This document shows, in pieces, positions 8,595 to 17,262 of a stretch of DNA of 35,631 nucleotides. Both the position numbers and the translations under genes were made by a program. The notes beneath the pieces were generated by a model. It searched no databases, was not told the DNA's origin, and was given only the letters and a program-made list of their open reading frames with translations. How positions within the stretch are numbered: the first letter of the stretch is position 1; the number at the start of each line of letters is the position of its first letter. Origin of the DNA: Pyrinomonadaceae bacterium. GTDB taxonomy: Bacteria; Acidobacteriota; Blastocatellia; Pyrinomonadales; Pyrinomonadaceae. The stretch spans positions 1 to 35,631 of the forward strand of contig DATMVI010000520.1 of the NCBI GenBank assembly GCA_035563275.1. The letters are read 5' to 3'.

Positions 8595-9678
8595 TTGATT
8601 CCCCGCGCGCCGCGCCGCGCCGGACGCCCGTCGCGACGGCGGCAGGACTGATCTGGACCGGCTTCTGCTCGCGCACCCACGGCGTGAAGCGGTCGCCGCC
8701 CGCGTTGAGCAGCCCGGCCAGAGGGTTCTCGGGGCGGCGGCGAATCTGGTTGCAGTTCCGGCAGAGCGGGAGTCGCGCCTGCCCGCGCCCGGCGTGGCGG
8801 CGGCGGAACTCTTTCATCGCGGGGGCGTTCCACGCCCCGAGCACGCCCATCTCCTGCACGCTGCCGACGGGCGAAGTCCGGTTCAGGTCGAGGCAGCAGA
8901 TGTAGACCATCCCGTCCCACGAGATGGGCAGCTTCTTCCAGAGGTTGATGCAGGGGATGTAGTCGTCGTCGGAGAAGGGCTGGACTTTGTACTGCTCGCG
9001 CACCTGATGGCGGTGCGAGCCGGGCCAGTAGTCGGCCCACGTGAAGCGGTACTCGTCGGGCGGGCAGTCGTCGAACAACCGCGCGAAGCTCTTCGGGAAG
9101 GCCGCCTCGGAGTCGGGGTCGTAGTACCGGATGTTTTTGATGACCGTGTAAGTCGTCCGCCGGTTCCCCTCCCGCCTGAGCCGCAGGAAGTGACGGATGT
9201 TCTCGACCGTCTCGGCGAAGTGGCCGCGCGCGCGCATCGCCTCGTAAGTTTCGGGCGTGTCGCCGTCGAGGCAGAAGACGAGCTTGTCGATGCCGGCGTC
9301 GAGCAGACCTTCGCTGATGCGGGGCGTCAGCCGGGTCGCGTTCGTGTCGAGGAAGACGTACATGCCCGCCCGCTTCAGCTCGCGCACCATCCGCACCAGC
9401 TCCGGGTGGAGGGCGCTCTCGCCGCCGAGGTTGAGCGCCACCTCGGGCCGAAACGGGGCGATCTCCCCGACGATGCGCTCGAAGAGGCTCATCTCCATCA
9501 GGCCGCGCTCGACCGTCGGGTAGTTGACCGAGACGGGGCACATCGGGCAACGCAGGTTGCAGTGGTTGGTCGGCTCCAGATTGACGAGGAGCGGCGGGTA
9601 GGGGAGGCGGCTGACGCCGAGGCGGTAACAGACGTTGAAGGTAAGCAGCGACTTCAGCTTGCGGACAGACTGGAGCAT
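8581..9678 (-). CDS. radical SAM protein with SPASM-like C-terminal domain
   Basis: 365 aa. CNLRCPMCPV cluster, GGESALHPEL, and C-terminal Cys motifs (IPCINLW, YICCLD, LCRNCNQ). Confidence 0.8.
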   Translation of the reverse strand: MLQSVRKLKSLLTFNVCYRLGVSRLPYPPLLVNLEPTNHCNLRCPMCPVSVNYPTVERGLMEMSLFERIVGEIAPFRPEVALNLGGESALHPELVRMVRELKRAGMYVFLDTNATRLTPRISEGLLDAGIDKLVFCLDGDTPETYEAMRARGHFAETVENIRHFLRLRREGNRRTTYTVIKNIRYYDPDSEAAFPKSFARLFDDCPPDEYRFTWADYWPGSHRHQVREQYKVQPFSDDDYIPCINLWKKLPISWDGMVYICCLDLNRTSPVGSVQEMGVLGAWNAPAMKEFRRRHAGRGQARLPLCRNCNQIRRRPENPLAGLLNAGGDRFTPWVREQKPVQISPAAVATGVRRGAARGESSGEQ

Positions 9679-9883
9679 GACGCCTCCGCGCGCACTGCCC
9701 CGGCGCGCCGTCGCGCCCCCGCCCGAGGGGGAGGCACGGCCGCCGTCTCTGACGGACTGTGAGTGTCTAGGTCATGGCGTATGGGCGGGGGGCCGCCGCG
9801 ATCCTCGGTTGGGAGGCGAGTTTCTTTAACCCCGACTGTCAACGTTGGAAATCGCGGAGGCCCCCCGCGCGCGAACGGCCCGG

Positions 9884-10603
9884 CTAGGACGCCGCGCGCA
9901 CCGGCATCCCGAACCCGACGGGGAGCGCAAGGTTCAGCGCCGACTGCTCGTTGGTGTAGAGCGGGCGGATGGCCGTCGTGTAGTAGGCGGAGACGAGGCG
10001 GCCGCCGTCCCACTCGACGCGGATGTCTTCGACCTCGCGGACGAGCGGCGACTGGAGCGAGAGGCCCGTGTCCCACCTGTAGGGCACGATGGTCAGCCCG
10101 TCCAGCTCCTCGCCGCTCTTCGCCAGCAGCTTGTAGCGGACGATGCCCGTCGCCTCGCCGCCGGCCGACGGGACGAGGTAGTCGCGGTAGGGCGTCAGGT
10201 TCTTTTCGAGCGGCGGGAGGTGGCTCGTGCCCCACATCCTGTGGACGGAGACGAGACGGCCGCCCTCCATGTAGACTTCGCCGCTCACGTGCAGGTCGAG
10301 CACCTTGGCGCCGCTGGCGTCGTAGATGACGCCGTGGCGCGCCGGCTCGACCCTGTAGGACTCGGCCGACACCGCGCGCAAGTCCTGACCTTCGGCGACC
10401 GGGCGCGAGAAGAAGGAGCTCGTCGGGTGCGAGCAGATCGCGGGGCAGGAGACGGGGTCGAAGCCGGCCGGGAACTTCGGCGAGGCTTCGAGGTGCAGGC
10501 TGCACGTGCCCGCTTCGAAGCTGCCAACGCCCTCGCCGTTCATATCGAAAGTCTGGCCGTTAACCTCGGCGTGGAGCCGAAAGTCAATGGTGATGTCCTT
10601 CAT
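9884..10603 (-). CDS. GFP-like (11-stranded beta-can family) protein lacking the X-Tyr-Gly chromophore triad
   Basis: The internal ATG at 10603 is preceded by aaaggaaagcacc (RBS) and gives 239 aa. IDFRLHAEVNGQTFDMNGEGVGSFEAGTCSLHL matches the GFP/DsRed N-terminal signature (VNGHxFxIxGEGxGxxxxGxxxxxL). SSFFSRP parallels GFP QCFSRYP. YMEGGRLVSVHRMWGTS parallels GFP KFEGDTLVNRIELKGID. The comparison was done from memory of GFP/DsRed sequences, not by a search. Confidence 0.5.
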   Translation of the reverse strand: MKDITIDFRLHAEVNGQTFDMNGEGVGSFEAGTCSLHLEASPKFPAGFDPVSCPAICSHPTSSFFSRPVAEGQDLRAVSAESYRVEPARHGVIYDASGAKVLDLHVSGEVYMEGGRLVSVHRMWGTSHLPPLEKNLTPYRDYLVPSAGGEATGIVRYKLLAKSGEELDGLTIVPYRWDTGLSLQSPLVREVEDIRVEWDGGRLVSAYYTTAIRPLYTNEQSALNLALPVGFGMPVRAAS

Positions 10604-10642
10604 GGTGCTTTCCTTTCTTGGAAGAGGTGACAGAAGGATTTG

Positions 10643-10662
10643 GCGTCCCCCGCGGGGGACGC
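10643..10662. promoter_or_regulatory. perfect 20-bp GC palindrome upstream of the GFP-like gene
   Basis: gcgtcccccg/cgggggacgc is self-complementary and lies 40 nt upstream of the ATG at 10603. It could be an operator or a 5'-UTR hairpin. Confidence 0.3.
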
Positions 10663-10964
10663 GAATGAGGCAGCGAGCGATCACTTCGCTCACCTGACCG
10701 GAGAATGGCGATTGACGACCTTAAGACGACTTCCGACTGGTAATAACGTGATAAAGAGCAGCGCGCTGGCAGGCTTGGTTGTGAGCCTCATCCCGACGGG
10801 TGAAGCGGCCGGCCGCCTCGCCCAGAAGAGGCGACGGCCCCCGACTCTCGAACGCTCTGTCCCCTTGATGCGGCAGTCAGTAGGCGGATGTGCGCTGCAC
10901 AATACGCCCGTTGCGCGCGAATGTCAACGGTCTCTTTCGGGGCGGCGGCGGGCCCAGAAATTTA

Positions 10965-10992
10965 TTGACTTTGCCCCGTTCGTGGATATTAT
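10965..10992 (+). promoter_or_regulatory. sigma70-type promoter candidate for the epimerase gene
   Basis: TTGACT (10965-10970), 16-nt spacer, TATTAT (10987-10992). It would give a ~165-nt leader before the ATG at 11166. Confidence 0.4.
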
Positions 10993-11165
10993 GTGCCGGC
11001 GCAAAAGTCGTTAACTCCTCAGCGGGCCATCCAAAAAAGGCGGCGAGACATCGCCCGCCGAACGCGGCCAAGCACGCCTTCGCCGCGGCCACCAGAGCAG
11101 CAGGCGGCGCGAGGCCCCGGGGGGCGGCCTCGACCCACCTCTCCACCGCGCGGGGTCAAATTCCT

Positions 11166-12215
11166 ATGACGCGACAAATCAAAGTTGCCGTGACGGGGGC
11201 GGGCGGGTTCATCGGTCACCACCTCACCACCTTCCTCAAAAGGCAGGGCTACTGGGTCAGGGGCGTTGACCTCAAGCGCCCCGAGTACAGCGACGTTGAC
11301 GCCGACGAGTTCGAGCTGCTCGACCTGCGCCGCTGGGAGAACTGCCTGCGGGCCACCCGCGACGTGGACGAGGTTTACGCGCTGGCCGCCGACATGGGCG
11401 GCATGGGCTTCATCTCCTCGAACCACGCGCGGATTCTGCGCAACAACTCGCTCATCAACATCCACACGCTCGACGCCGCGCGGGCCAACGGCGTCGGCCG
11501 CTACTTCTACACCTCCTCGGCCTGCGTCTACCCCGAGCACTTGCAGGAGACGGCCGAGGTGGAGCCGCTCAGAGAGGAGCACGCCTACCCGGCCCGGCCG
11601 CAGGACGCCTACGGCTGGGAGAAGCTGGTCACCGAGCGCCTCTGCGCGCACTACCGGGAGGACTGCGGCATCGAGACGCGCGTCGTCCGCCTCCACAACA
11701 TCTTCGGCCCCGAGGGCACGTGGGACGGCGGGCGCGAGAAAGCGCCGGCCGCCCTCTGCCGCAAGGTCGCCGAGGCCAAGCTGACCGGCGAGCACGAGAT
11801 CGAGATTTGGGGCGACGGCAGGCAGACGCGCTCGTTCTGTTACGTCGAGGACGGCGTGGCCGGCATCTTCAAGCTGATGCGCTCGGACTACCACGAGCCC
11901 CTCAACTTAGGTCAGGAGAGGCTGGTGACGATCAGCGAGCTGGCCGATATGATCGCCGAGATCGCCGGCGTCCGCGTCGTCAAGCGGTTCGTGGCCGGGC
12001 CGCAGGGCGTGCGCGGCCGCACCTCCGACAACACGCGGCTGCGGCAGGTGCTCGGCTGGGAGCCGCAGGTCTCGCTTGAGGAGGGGCTGGCCCTGACTTA
12101 CTCGTGGATCGAGGGGCAGGTGGCGGCGAGGCTGAAGACGGCGGCGGCCGAGACGAAGTTGCGGACGCCGGCGGCGGTCGAGAGCGGGCGGGGCGAGGGT
12201 TCGCTCCGGCCCTGA
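11166..12215 (+). CDS. gme: GDP-mannose 3,5-epimerase-like NAD-dependent epimerase
   Basis: The internal ATG at 11166 gives 349 aa starting MTRQIKVAVTGAGGFIGHHL (Rossmann GxGGFIG). Long identical runs to plant GME as remembered: AADMGGMGFI, SSACxYPE, PQDAYGxEKL, GTWxGGREKAPAAxCRK, WGDGxQTRSF, GVRGRxSDN. Confidence 0.8.
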   Translation: MTRQIKVAVTGAGGFIGHHLTTFLKRQGYWVRGVDLKRPEYSDVDADEFELLDLRRWENCLRATRDVDEVYALAADMGGMGFISSNHARILRNNSLINIHTLDAARANGVGRYFYTSSACVYPEHLQETAEVEPLREEHAYPARPQDAYGWEKLVTERLCAHYREDCGIETRVVRLHNIFGPEGTWDGGREKAPAALCRKVAEAKLTGEHEIEIWGDGRQTRSFCYVEDGVAGIFKLMRSDYHEPLNLGQERLVTISELADMIAEIAGVRVVKRFVAGPQGVRGRTSDNTRLRQVLGWEPQVSLEEGLALTYSWIEGQVAARLKTAAAETKLRTPAAVESGRGEGSLRP

Positions 12216-12219
12216 AGGC

Positions 12220-13749
12220 TCAACTCGGGCCGGCCGGGCGGGCCTCCGGCGGCAGGCCGAACGAAGCCAGCAGCGGCCCGGCCGAGAGCGCGCGCTCGCC
12301 ACAGACGGCGAGCAACGATTCCGCGTCGTGCGTCGCGCCGCGGCCCCAGAGGCCGCGCAGCAACGCGCCCGCCCCGCCCGACTCGAACCACCGGGCCCCG
12401 TACGTGCCGACCAGATGTTTATTCAGACTCGCTTGCAGGAACCACGCCGAAAGGTACTGGAAGGAATACAGCCCGCCGTCCATCTCGGCCAACCCGAAGT
12501 CGCCCGGCACGCTCACGCCGACCGCCTCCTTCATCCGCAGCGCGTAGAGGTCTGACGAAAGCTCGAGCTTTTGGCGGCGGTGCAGCTCGGCCTCGTAGAG
12601 CGTCTTGGCGCAGTAGCGGCGGAACATGTACAGCTCGATAAAATTCGCGTAGGCGGCGAAGGCCGTGGCGTCGCGGGCCGGCATCCCGAGGCGGGCGTCG
12701 AGGTATTCGGCCGAGCGCAGGAGGGCGGCCGTCTGGTAGGCGAAAGTCTCCGCCACGGTGTCGTCGAGCAGGCAGCGCAGCTCCCACGGCAGGGCCGGGT
12801 CGGTGAGGCCGAAGTGGAAGGCGTGGCCCGCCTCGTGCAGCACCTCTTCGTAGTCGCGGTGGCCGCCCGAGGGCTTCGCCACGAGGTAAACTTCTTCGGG
12901 CACGCGCACGCCCGCGCAGAAGGCGCGCGGCGACTTGTTCGGGCGAGGCTCAAGGTCGAGCCGGATGTTCTGCCGACGCTCAAGCCCGACCCGCAAACCC
13001 GCGGCGGTCGCGCGCAGCGCCGGCAGGATGCCCGCGGCCGGGAAGTATTCGTCCCACTCGTCGCCGCGCAGGATGCGCGGGAAATCGAACCACGCCACCT
13101 CGCCCGCGCCGACGCCGACGTAGCGCCGCGCGTAATAATCCAACTCACGCCGGTAAAGATCGTCCGTGGCCCGCAGAGACGCTTTCGCCAGCGCCACCAG
13201 CCGGCCGACCGGCAACTGTTTCCACCCGGCGTAGGCGTCCGCGTACGACAGGCCGCAGAGGTCTTCGACGAGGTCGTACGTCGCCGCCCAGCGTTCGAGC
13301 ATCAGGGGCCGGAGCGAGGCCGTGAGTCGCGCGAAGGCTTCGGCCAGTTCGGCCCTCCGCCCGCGCTCGGGCAGGTTGCGGAGCAGCGGCTGCGCCATGT
13401 GGTAAGCGACGCCGCGCCCCTCGAAGACGAGCTCGGCACGCAGCTTCCACGTCTCGACCTCGTCGGCCAAGCGCTGCGTGCCGGCGGACAGGTAATGGTT
13501 GGCCCGCTCGACCAGCCGCAGGCGCGCCCGCCGAAGCTCCTCGGCGGAGCCGGCCGCGCCGACGGCCGCGCGCTCCGCGAGCACCTGCGGCTTGCCGAAG
13601 AGGTCTGAGTAGGATTTGAAAACGGCCGTCAGGTTGGCTTCGTCGCGCAGGCCGGCGGCGACGGCGTAGCTCTCGTAGTTGAGGCGCGCGAGGAACTCGG
13701 CGAAGCGTGCCGAGTTCCTCGCGGGATGAACGTTTGAGCCGGCAGGCAT
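12220..13749 (-). CDS. M3-family oligoendopeptidase (PepF-like)
   Basis: 509 aa. Zinc motif HEAGHAFH, with size and architecture of the oligoendopeptidase F-like family. Confidence 0.75.
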   Translation of the reverse strand: MPAGSNVHPARNSARFAEFLARLNYESYAVAAGLRDEANLTAVFKSYSDLFGKPQVLAERAAVGAAGSAEELRRARLRLVERANHYLSAGTQRLADEVETWKLRAELVFEGRGVAYHMAQPLLRNLPERGRRAELAEAFARLTASLRPLMLERWAATYDLVEDLCGLSYADAYAGWKQLPVGRLVALAKASLRATDDLYRRELDYYARRYVGVGAGEVAWFDFPRILRGDEWDEYFPAAGILPALRATAAGLRVGLERRQNIRLDLEPRPNKSPRAFCAGVRVPEEVYLVAKPSGGHRDYEEVLHEAGHAFHFGLTDPALPWELRCLLDDTVAETFAYQTAALLRSAEYLDARLGMPARDATAFAAYANFIELYMFRRYCAKTLYEAELHRRQKLELSSDLYALRMKEAVGVSVPGDFGLAEMDGGLYSFQYLSAWFLQASLNKHLVGTYGARWFESGGAGALLRGLWGRGATHDAESLLAVCGERALSAGPLLASFGLPPEARPAGPS

Positions 13750-13785
13750 GTCGGTCAGGACTGGGGCCGAGGGCGGGGCGCCGCG

Positions 13786-16700
13786 TCAGGCGCGCCGGAT
13801 GGTGATGGCCAGCTTCGCGCCGCCGATGTCAACCTCCTCCGTGTGCTCCGGCCCGGCGAGCCGGTTGTATTCGAGCGCTGAGATTAAGCCTTCGCCCTTG
13901 ATGAAATCCTCGTGGTCGCGGACGGCTTTGAGCAGCGCTGCGTCGGCGTCGAGGCCGAGCGCGATGTGGTCGGACACGTCCATGCCGGCGTTCTTGCGCG
14001 CGTTCTGCACGTGGCGCAGCACGTCGCGCGCCTGCCCCTCCGCGATCAGTTCCGGCGTCAGGTTCGTGTTGAGCGCGACGAGGTAGCTGCCCTCCTCGAC
14101 GGCCGCGTAACCTTCGGGACTCTTCACGTCGACGAGGAAGGCGTCGGGCGCGAACTCCATCGTCTCGTCGCCGACGCGGACGGGCGTCTTCTCGCCGCGC
14201 CGGACGTTGACGGCGACCTGCCGCGGGTCAACCTCCTTCAGGGCTTTGACGAACTGCGGCAGCCTGCCGCCGAGAGCGCGGCCGACGACCGGCAGGTTGG
14301 GCCGCAGCGAGTAGCTGACGAAGTTCGTGTCGAAGTCGAGCCGCGTCACCTGCTTGGCGTTGAGTTCTTCCTTGATCAACTCCTCGAACTTGCCGAGCGC
14401 GGCCTGCTCCCTCTCGGTGCCGACGCGCACCAGAATCTCGGGCAGGGGCTGGCGCACCTTGACCGACGCGCCGGCGCGCGCCGCGCGGCCGAGGTCGATG
14501 ATCTTCAGCAGCAAGTCCATGTCGGCCAGCAGCGCCTCGTCAATCAGCGCGGGGTCGGCCGCGGGCCACTCGGCGAGGTGGACGGAGGCGGGCGCGTCCG
14601 GCTCGACGGCCCGCACGAGGTTCTGGTATATCGCCTCGGTGACGAAGGGCACCATCGGCGCGCCGAGCTTGCTGACCGTGACCAGCGCCTCGTAGAGCGT
14701 GAGGTAGGCGGCGCGCTTGTCGGCGTCGTCGGCGCTCTTCCAGAAGCGCCGGCGGTTGCGCCGCACGTACCAGTTCGAGAGGTCGCGGACGACGAACTCG
14801 TTGAGGGTGCGCGCGGCCGAGGTCACGTCGTACTCGTCGAGGCTGCGCGTGACCGACTCGGCGAGGCGGTGCAGCTTGGCCGTCAGCCAGCGGTCGATCT
14901 CCGGCCGCTCGGCGTGGGGCAGCGGCGTCCGCAGGTCGGGTTCGTCGAGGTTGGCGTAGAGCACGAAGAAGCCGTAGACGTTCCAGAGCGTGAGCAGGAA
15001 ATCCTTGACCACCTCGGAGACGTGCGCGGGGTTGAAGCTCTTGTTCGCGTCGGGCGGGCTGGAGGTGTACAGGTACCAGCGCAGCGCGTCGGCCCCCTGC
15101 TCGTTGAGCACGCTCCACGGGTCTACCGCGTTGCCCCTCGACTTCGACATCTTCTGGCCCTTCGCGTCGTTGATGAAGCCGAGCACGATGCAGGTCTTGA
15201 AGGCCGAGGTCTCGGGAAACACGTGGGCGAGCGCGCCGGCCGCGACGCCGCGCTCGGCGTCGGCCCGCGCCGTCAGCAGCGTGGCCAGCGCGTGCAGGCT
15301 GTAGAACCAGCCGCGCGTCTGATCCATCGCCTCGCAGATGTAGTCCGCCGGGAAGCGCGACGGCAGCAGGCCGGCGTTCTCGAAGGGATAGTGCCACTGC
15401 GCGTAGGGCATCGCGCCCGACTCGAACCAAACGTCCACGGTGTCGGGCACGCGGCGGTAGGTCTGCCCGCCGCGCTCGAAGGTGATCTCGTCGATGTAGG
15501 GGCGGTGGAGGTCGAGCGTGTCGAGCCGCCGGCCCGTCAGCTCTTCGAGCTCGGCGACGCCCGAGACGCAGATGCTCTCCTCGCCGTTCTCGCTGACCCA
15601 GACGGGCAGCGGCGCGCCCCAGTACCTCTCGCGCGAGATGGCCCAGTCGATGTTGTTCTCCAGCCACTTGCCGAAGCGGCCGGTCTTGATGTTCTCGGGC
15701 AGCCAGTTGATGCGGTAGTTGTTCTCCAGCAGCTTGTCCTTGACGGCGGTGGTTTTGATGTACCAACTGGTCTTGGCGTAGAAGAGCAGCGGCGAGTCGT
15801 CGCGCCAGCAGAAGGGGTAGGCGTGTTTGACGCGCTCGGAGCGGTAGAGCAGGCCGCGGCGTCTGAGGTCGCGCGAGATGAGCTTGTCGGCCTCCTTGAA
15901 GAAGAGGCCCGCGTAAGGCCCGGCGGCCTCGGGCGCGTCCGGCGCTCTGACCTCCGGGTGCACCTTGCCCGTGCGGTCGACGGAGAAGAGGGTCGGCAGC
16001 CCGTGCCTGCGCCCGACTTCGAGGTCGCCGTAGGCCGGGGCGATGTGGACGATGCCCGTGCCGTCTTCGACGGAGACGAAGTCGTCGGCGATGACGGCGA
16101 AGGCCCGCGCGAGGTCTTCGCTTTCGGGCGCGCGGCCCGAGAGGATTTGCTCGTAGGTCAGCCCGGCCAGCGCCTCGCCGGGGAACGCGCGCAGCAGTTT
16201 GTAGTTGCCCTCGCCGAACACGTCCGGGGCCAGCGCGGCGGCGAGGATGTAAAGCTCCGTCTCCCCCTCCTGCCCGTGCGCGGCGGGCGCTTCGAAGAGG
16301 CCGTACTCGGCGTCGGCGCGCACGGCGAGCGCGGTGTTGGCGCCGAGCGTCCACGGCGTCGTCGTCCACGCGAGGAAGGAGACTCGTCTCCCCGCCTCCC
16401 CCGGCGTCAACAGCCCGGCCCCCGCGAGCGCGTCGCGGCGGGCCGGGAACTTCGGCCACACCGAGGGGTCGTCCACGTCCTCCTTCATGCCCTGCGAGAC
16501 TTCGTGGTCGGCGAGGCTCGTGTTGCAGCGCGGGCAGTGCATCGTGGTCTTGTAATCCTGATAGAGCAGGCCGCGCTCCCAGAAGGATTTCAGGATCCAC
16601 CAGCACGTCTCGATGTAGCCGTTCTCGTAGGTGATGTAGGCGCGGTCGAGGTCAACCCAGAAGCCGATGCGCTCGGTCAGCCGGTTCCAGTCCTGTATGT

Positions 16701-17079
16701 AGCGGAAGACCGACTCGCGGCAGAGCCGGTTGAACTCGGCGATGCCGAACTTCTCGATGTCCTGCTTGCCGGTCGAGCCAATCTCCTTCTCGATCTCGAC
16801 CTCGACGGGCAGGCCGTGCGTGTCCCAGCCGCCGCGCCGCTCGACGCGGAAGCCGCGCATCGTCTTGTAGCGCGGGAAGAGGTCTTTGAAGGCGCGGGCG
16901 CTGACGTGGTGGATGCCGGGCCGGCCGTTGGCCGTCGGCGGCCCCTCGTAGAAGACGTAGTCGCCCCGCGGCGCGGGCTTCCCGACCGAGGCCGCGAAAA
17001 TCTCGTGCTCCCGCCAGAAGCGGATGATCTCTTCTTCTAATTGTGGGAAGCTGACGTTCCGGTTGATGCTCTTGAACAT
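13786..17079 (-). CDS. ileS: isoleucine--tRNA ligase (long, type 2-like form)
   Basis: 1097 aa. HIGH-type motif PPTANGRPGIHHV, KMSKS motif KMSKSRGN, CP1 editing region, WHYPFEN. Confidence 0.95.
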   Translation of the reverse strand: MFKSINRNVSFPQLEEEIIRFWREHEIFAASVGKPAPRGDYVFYEGPPTANGRPGIHHVSARAFKDLFPRYKTMRGFRVERRGGWDTHGLPVEVEIEKEIGSTGKQDIEKFGIAEFNRLCRESVFRYIQDWNRLTERIGFWVDLDRAYITYENGYIETCWWILKSFWERGLLYQDYKTTMHCPRCNTSLADHEVSQGMKEDVDDPSVWPKFPARRDALAGAGLLTPGEAGRRVSFLAWTTTPWTLGANTALAVRADAEYGLFEAPAAHGQEGETELYILAAALAPDVFGEGNYKLLRAFPGEALAGLTYEQILSGRAPESEDLARAFAVIADDFVSVEDGTGIVHIAPAYGDLEVGRRHGLPTLFSVDRTGKVHPEVRAPDAPEAAGPYAGLFFKEADKLISRDLRRRGLLYRSERVKHAYPFCWRDDSPLLFYAKTSWYIKTTAVKDKLLENNYRINWLPENIKTGRFGKWLENNIDWAISRERYWGAPLPVWVSENGEESICVSGVAELEELTGRRLDTLDLHRPYIDEITFERGGQTYRRVPDTVDVWFESGAMPYAQWHYPFENAGLLPSRFPADYICEAMDQTRGWFYSLHALATLLTARADAERGVAAGALAHVFPETSAFKTCIVLGFINDAKGQKMSKSRGNAVDPWSVLNEQGADALRWYLYTSSPPDANKSFNPAHVSEVVKDFLLTLWNVYGFFVLYANLDEPDLRTPLPHAERPEIDRWLTAKLHRLAESVTRSLDEYDVTSAARTLNEFVVRDLSNWYVRRNRRRFWKSADDADKRAAYLTLYEALVTVSKLGAPMVPFVTEAIYQNLVRAVEPDAPASVHLAEWPAADPALIDEALLADMDLLLKIIDLGRAARAGASVKVRQPLPEILVRVGTEREQAALGKFEELIKEELNAKQVTRLDFDTNFVSYSLRPNLPVVGRALGGRLPQFVKALKEVDPRQVAVNVRRGEKTPVRVGDETMEFAPDAFLVDVKSPEGYAAVEEGSYLVALNTNLTPELIAEGQARDVLRHVQNARKNAGMDVSDHIALGLDADAALLKAVRDHEDFIKGEGLISALEYNRLAGPEHTEEVDIGGAKLAITIRRA

Positions 17080-17124
17080 AAAACAGAAGTGCCGGCTCGC
17101 GCCGCGCGGCCCCGACTGGTTATA

Positions 17125-17262
17125 ACTGTGCGGTCAGGATTGGCCGCGGCGCGGCGGTTGAAATGGTTCGACCGCCCCGAACGGGAGCGGGATTAATCTT
17201 GCTGAACGAAATGACCGTGTTGACGAATATAATCTCCCCGGTTGACTTTAGCAACAGCCTGC
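17125..17262 (+). repeat. copy B of the dispersed intergenic element (see 2461-2615)
   Basis: Same blocks and orientation as copy A. TATAAT lies at 17228-17233. It sits between divergent ileS (start 17079) and lysS (start 17356). Confidence 0.8.

Noticed and set aside
9884-10603. The idea that the GFP-like protein is a canonical fluorescent protein
   Set aside because: No Tyr-Gly is present in the region aligning with the chromophore helix (SCPAICSHPTSS), and no clear Glu222 equivalent was seen. Only the fold-level similarity is proposed.
13912-17040. 1042-aa plus-strand ORF and 688-aa minus-strand ORF (14540..16606) across ileS
   Set aside because: These are antisense or out-of-frame shadows of an unmistakable IleRS gene, with no recognisable motifs and extreme Arg/Gly/Ala content. 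The same reasoning applies to 17248..18909(-), 17568..18326(+), 7802..9550(-), 6116..7165(-), 6574..7926(+), 7392..8651(+), 25831..26949(-), 26967..27965(-), 28179..28997(-) and 32252..33358(-).
17150-17185. tRNA-like T-loop (ggttcgaccgcc) in repeat copy B
   Set aside because: No acceptor, D or anticodon arms can be drawn around it. The equivalent part of copy A has a different sequence, so it is just the loop/stem of the element's hairpin.
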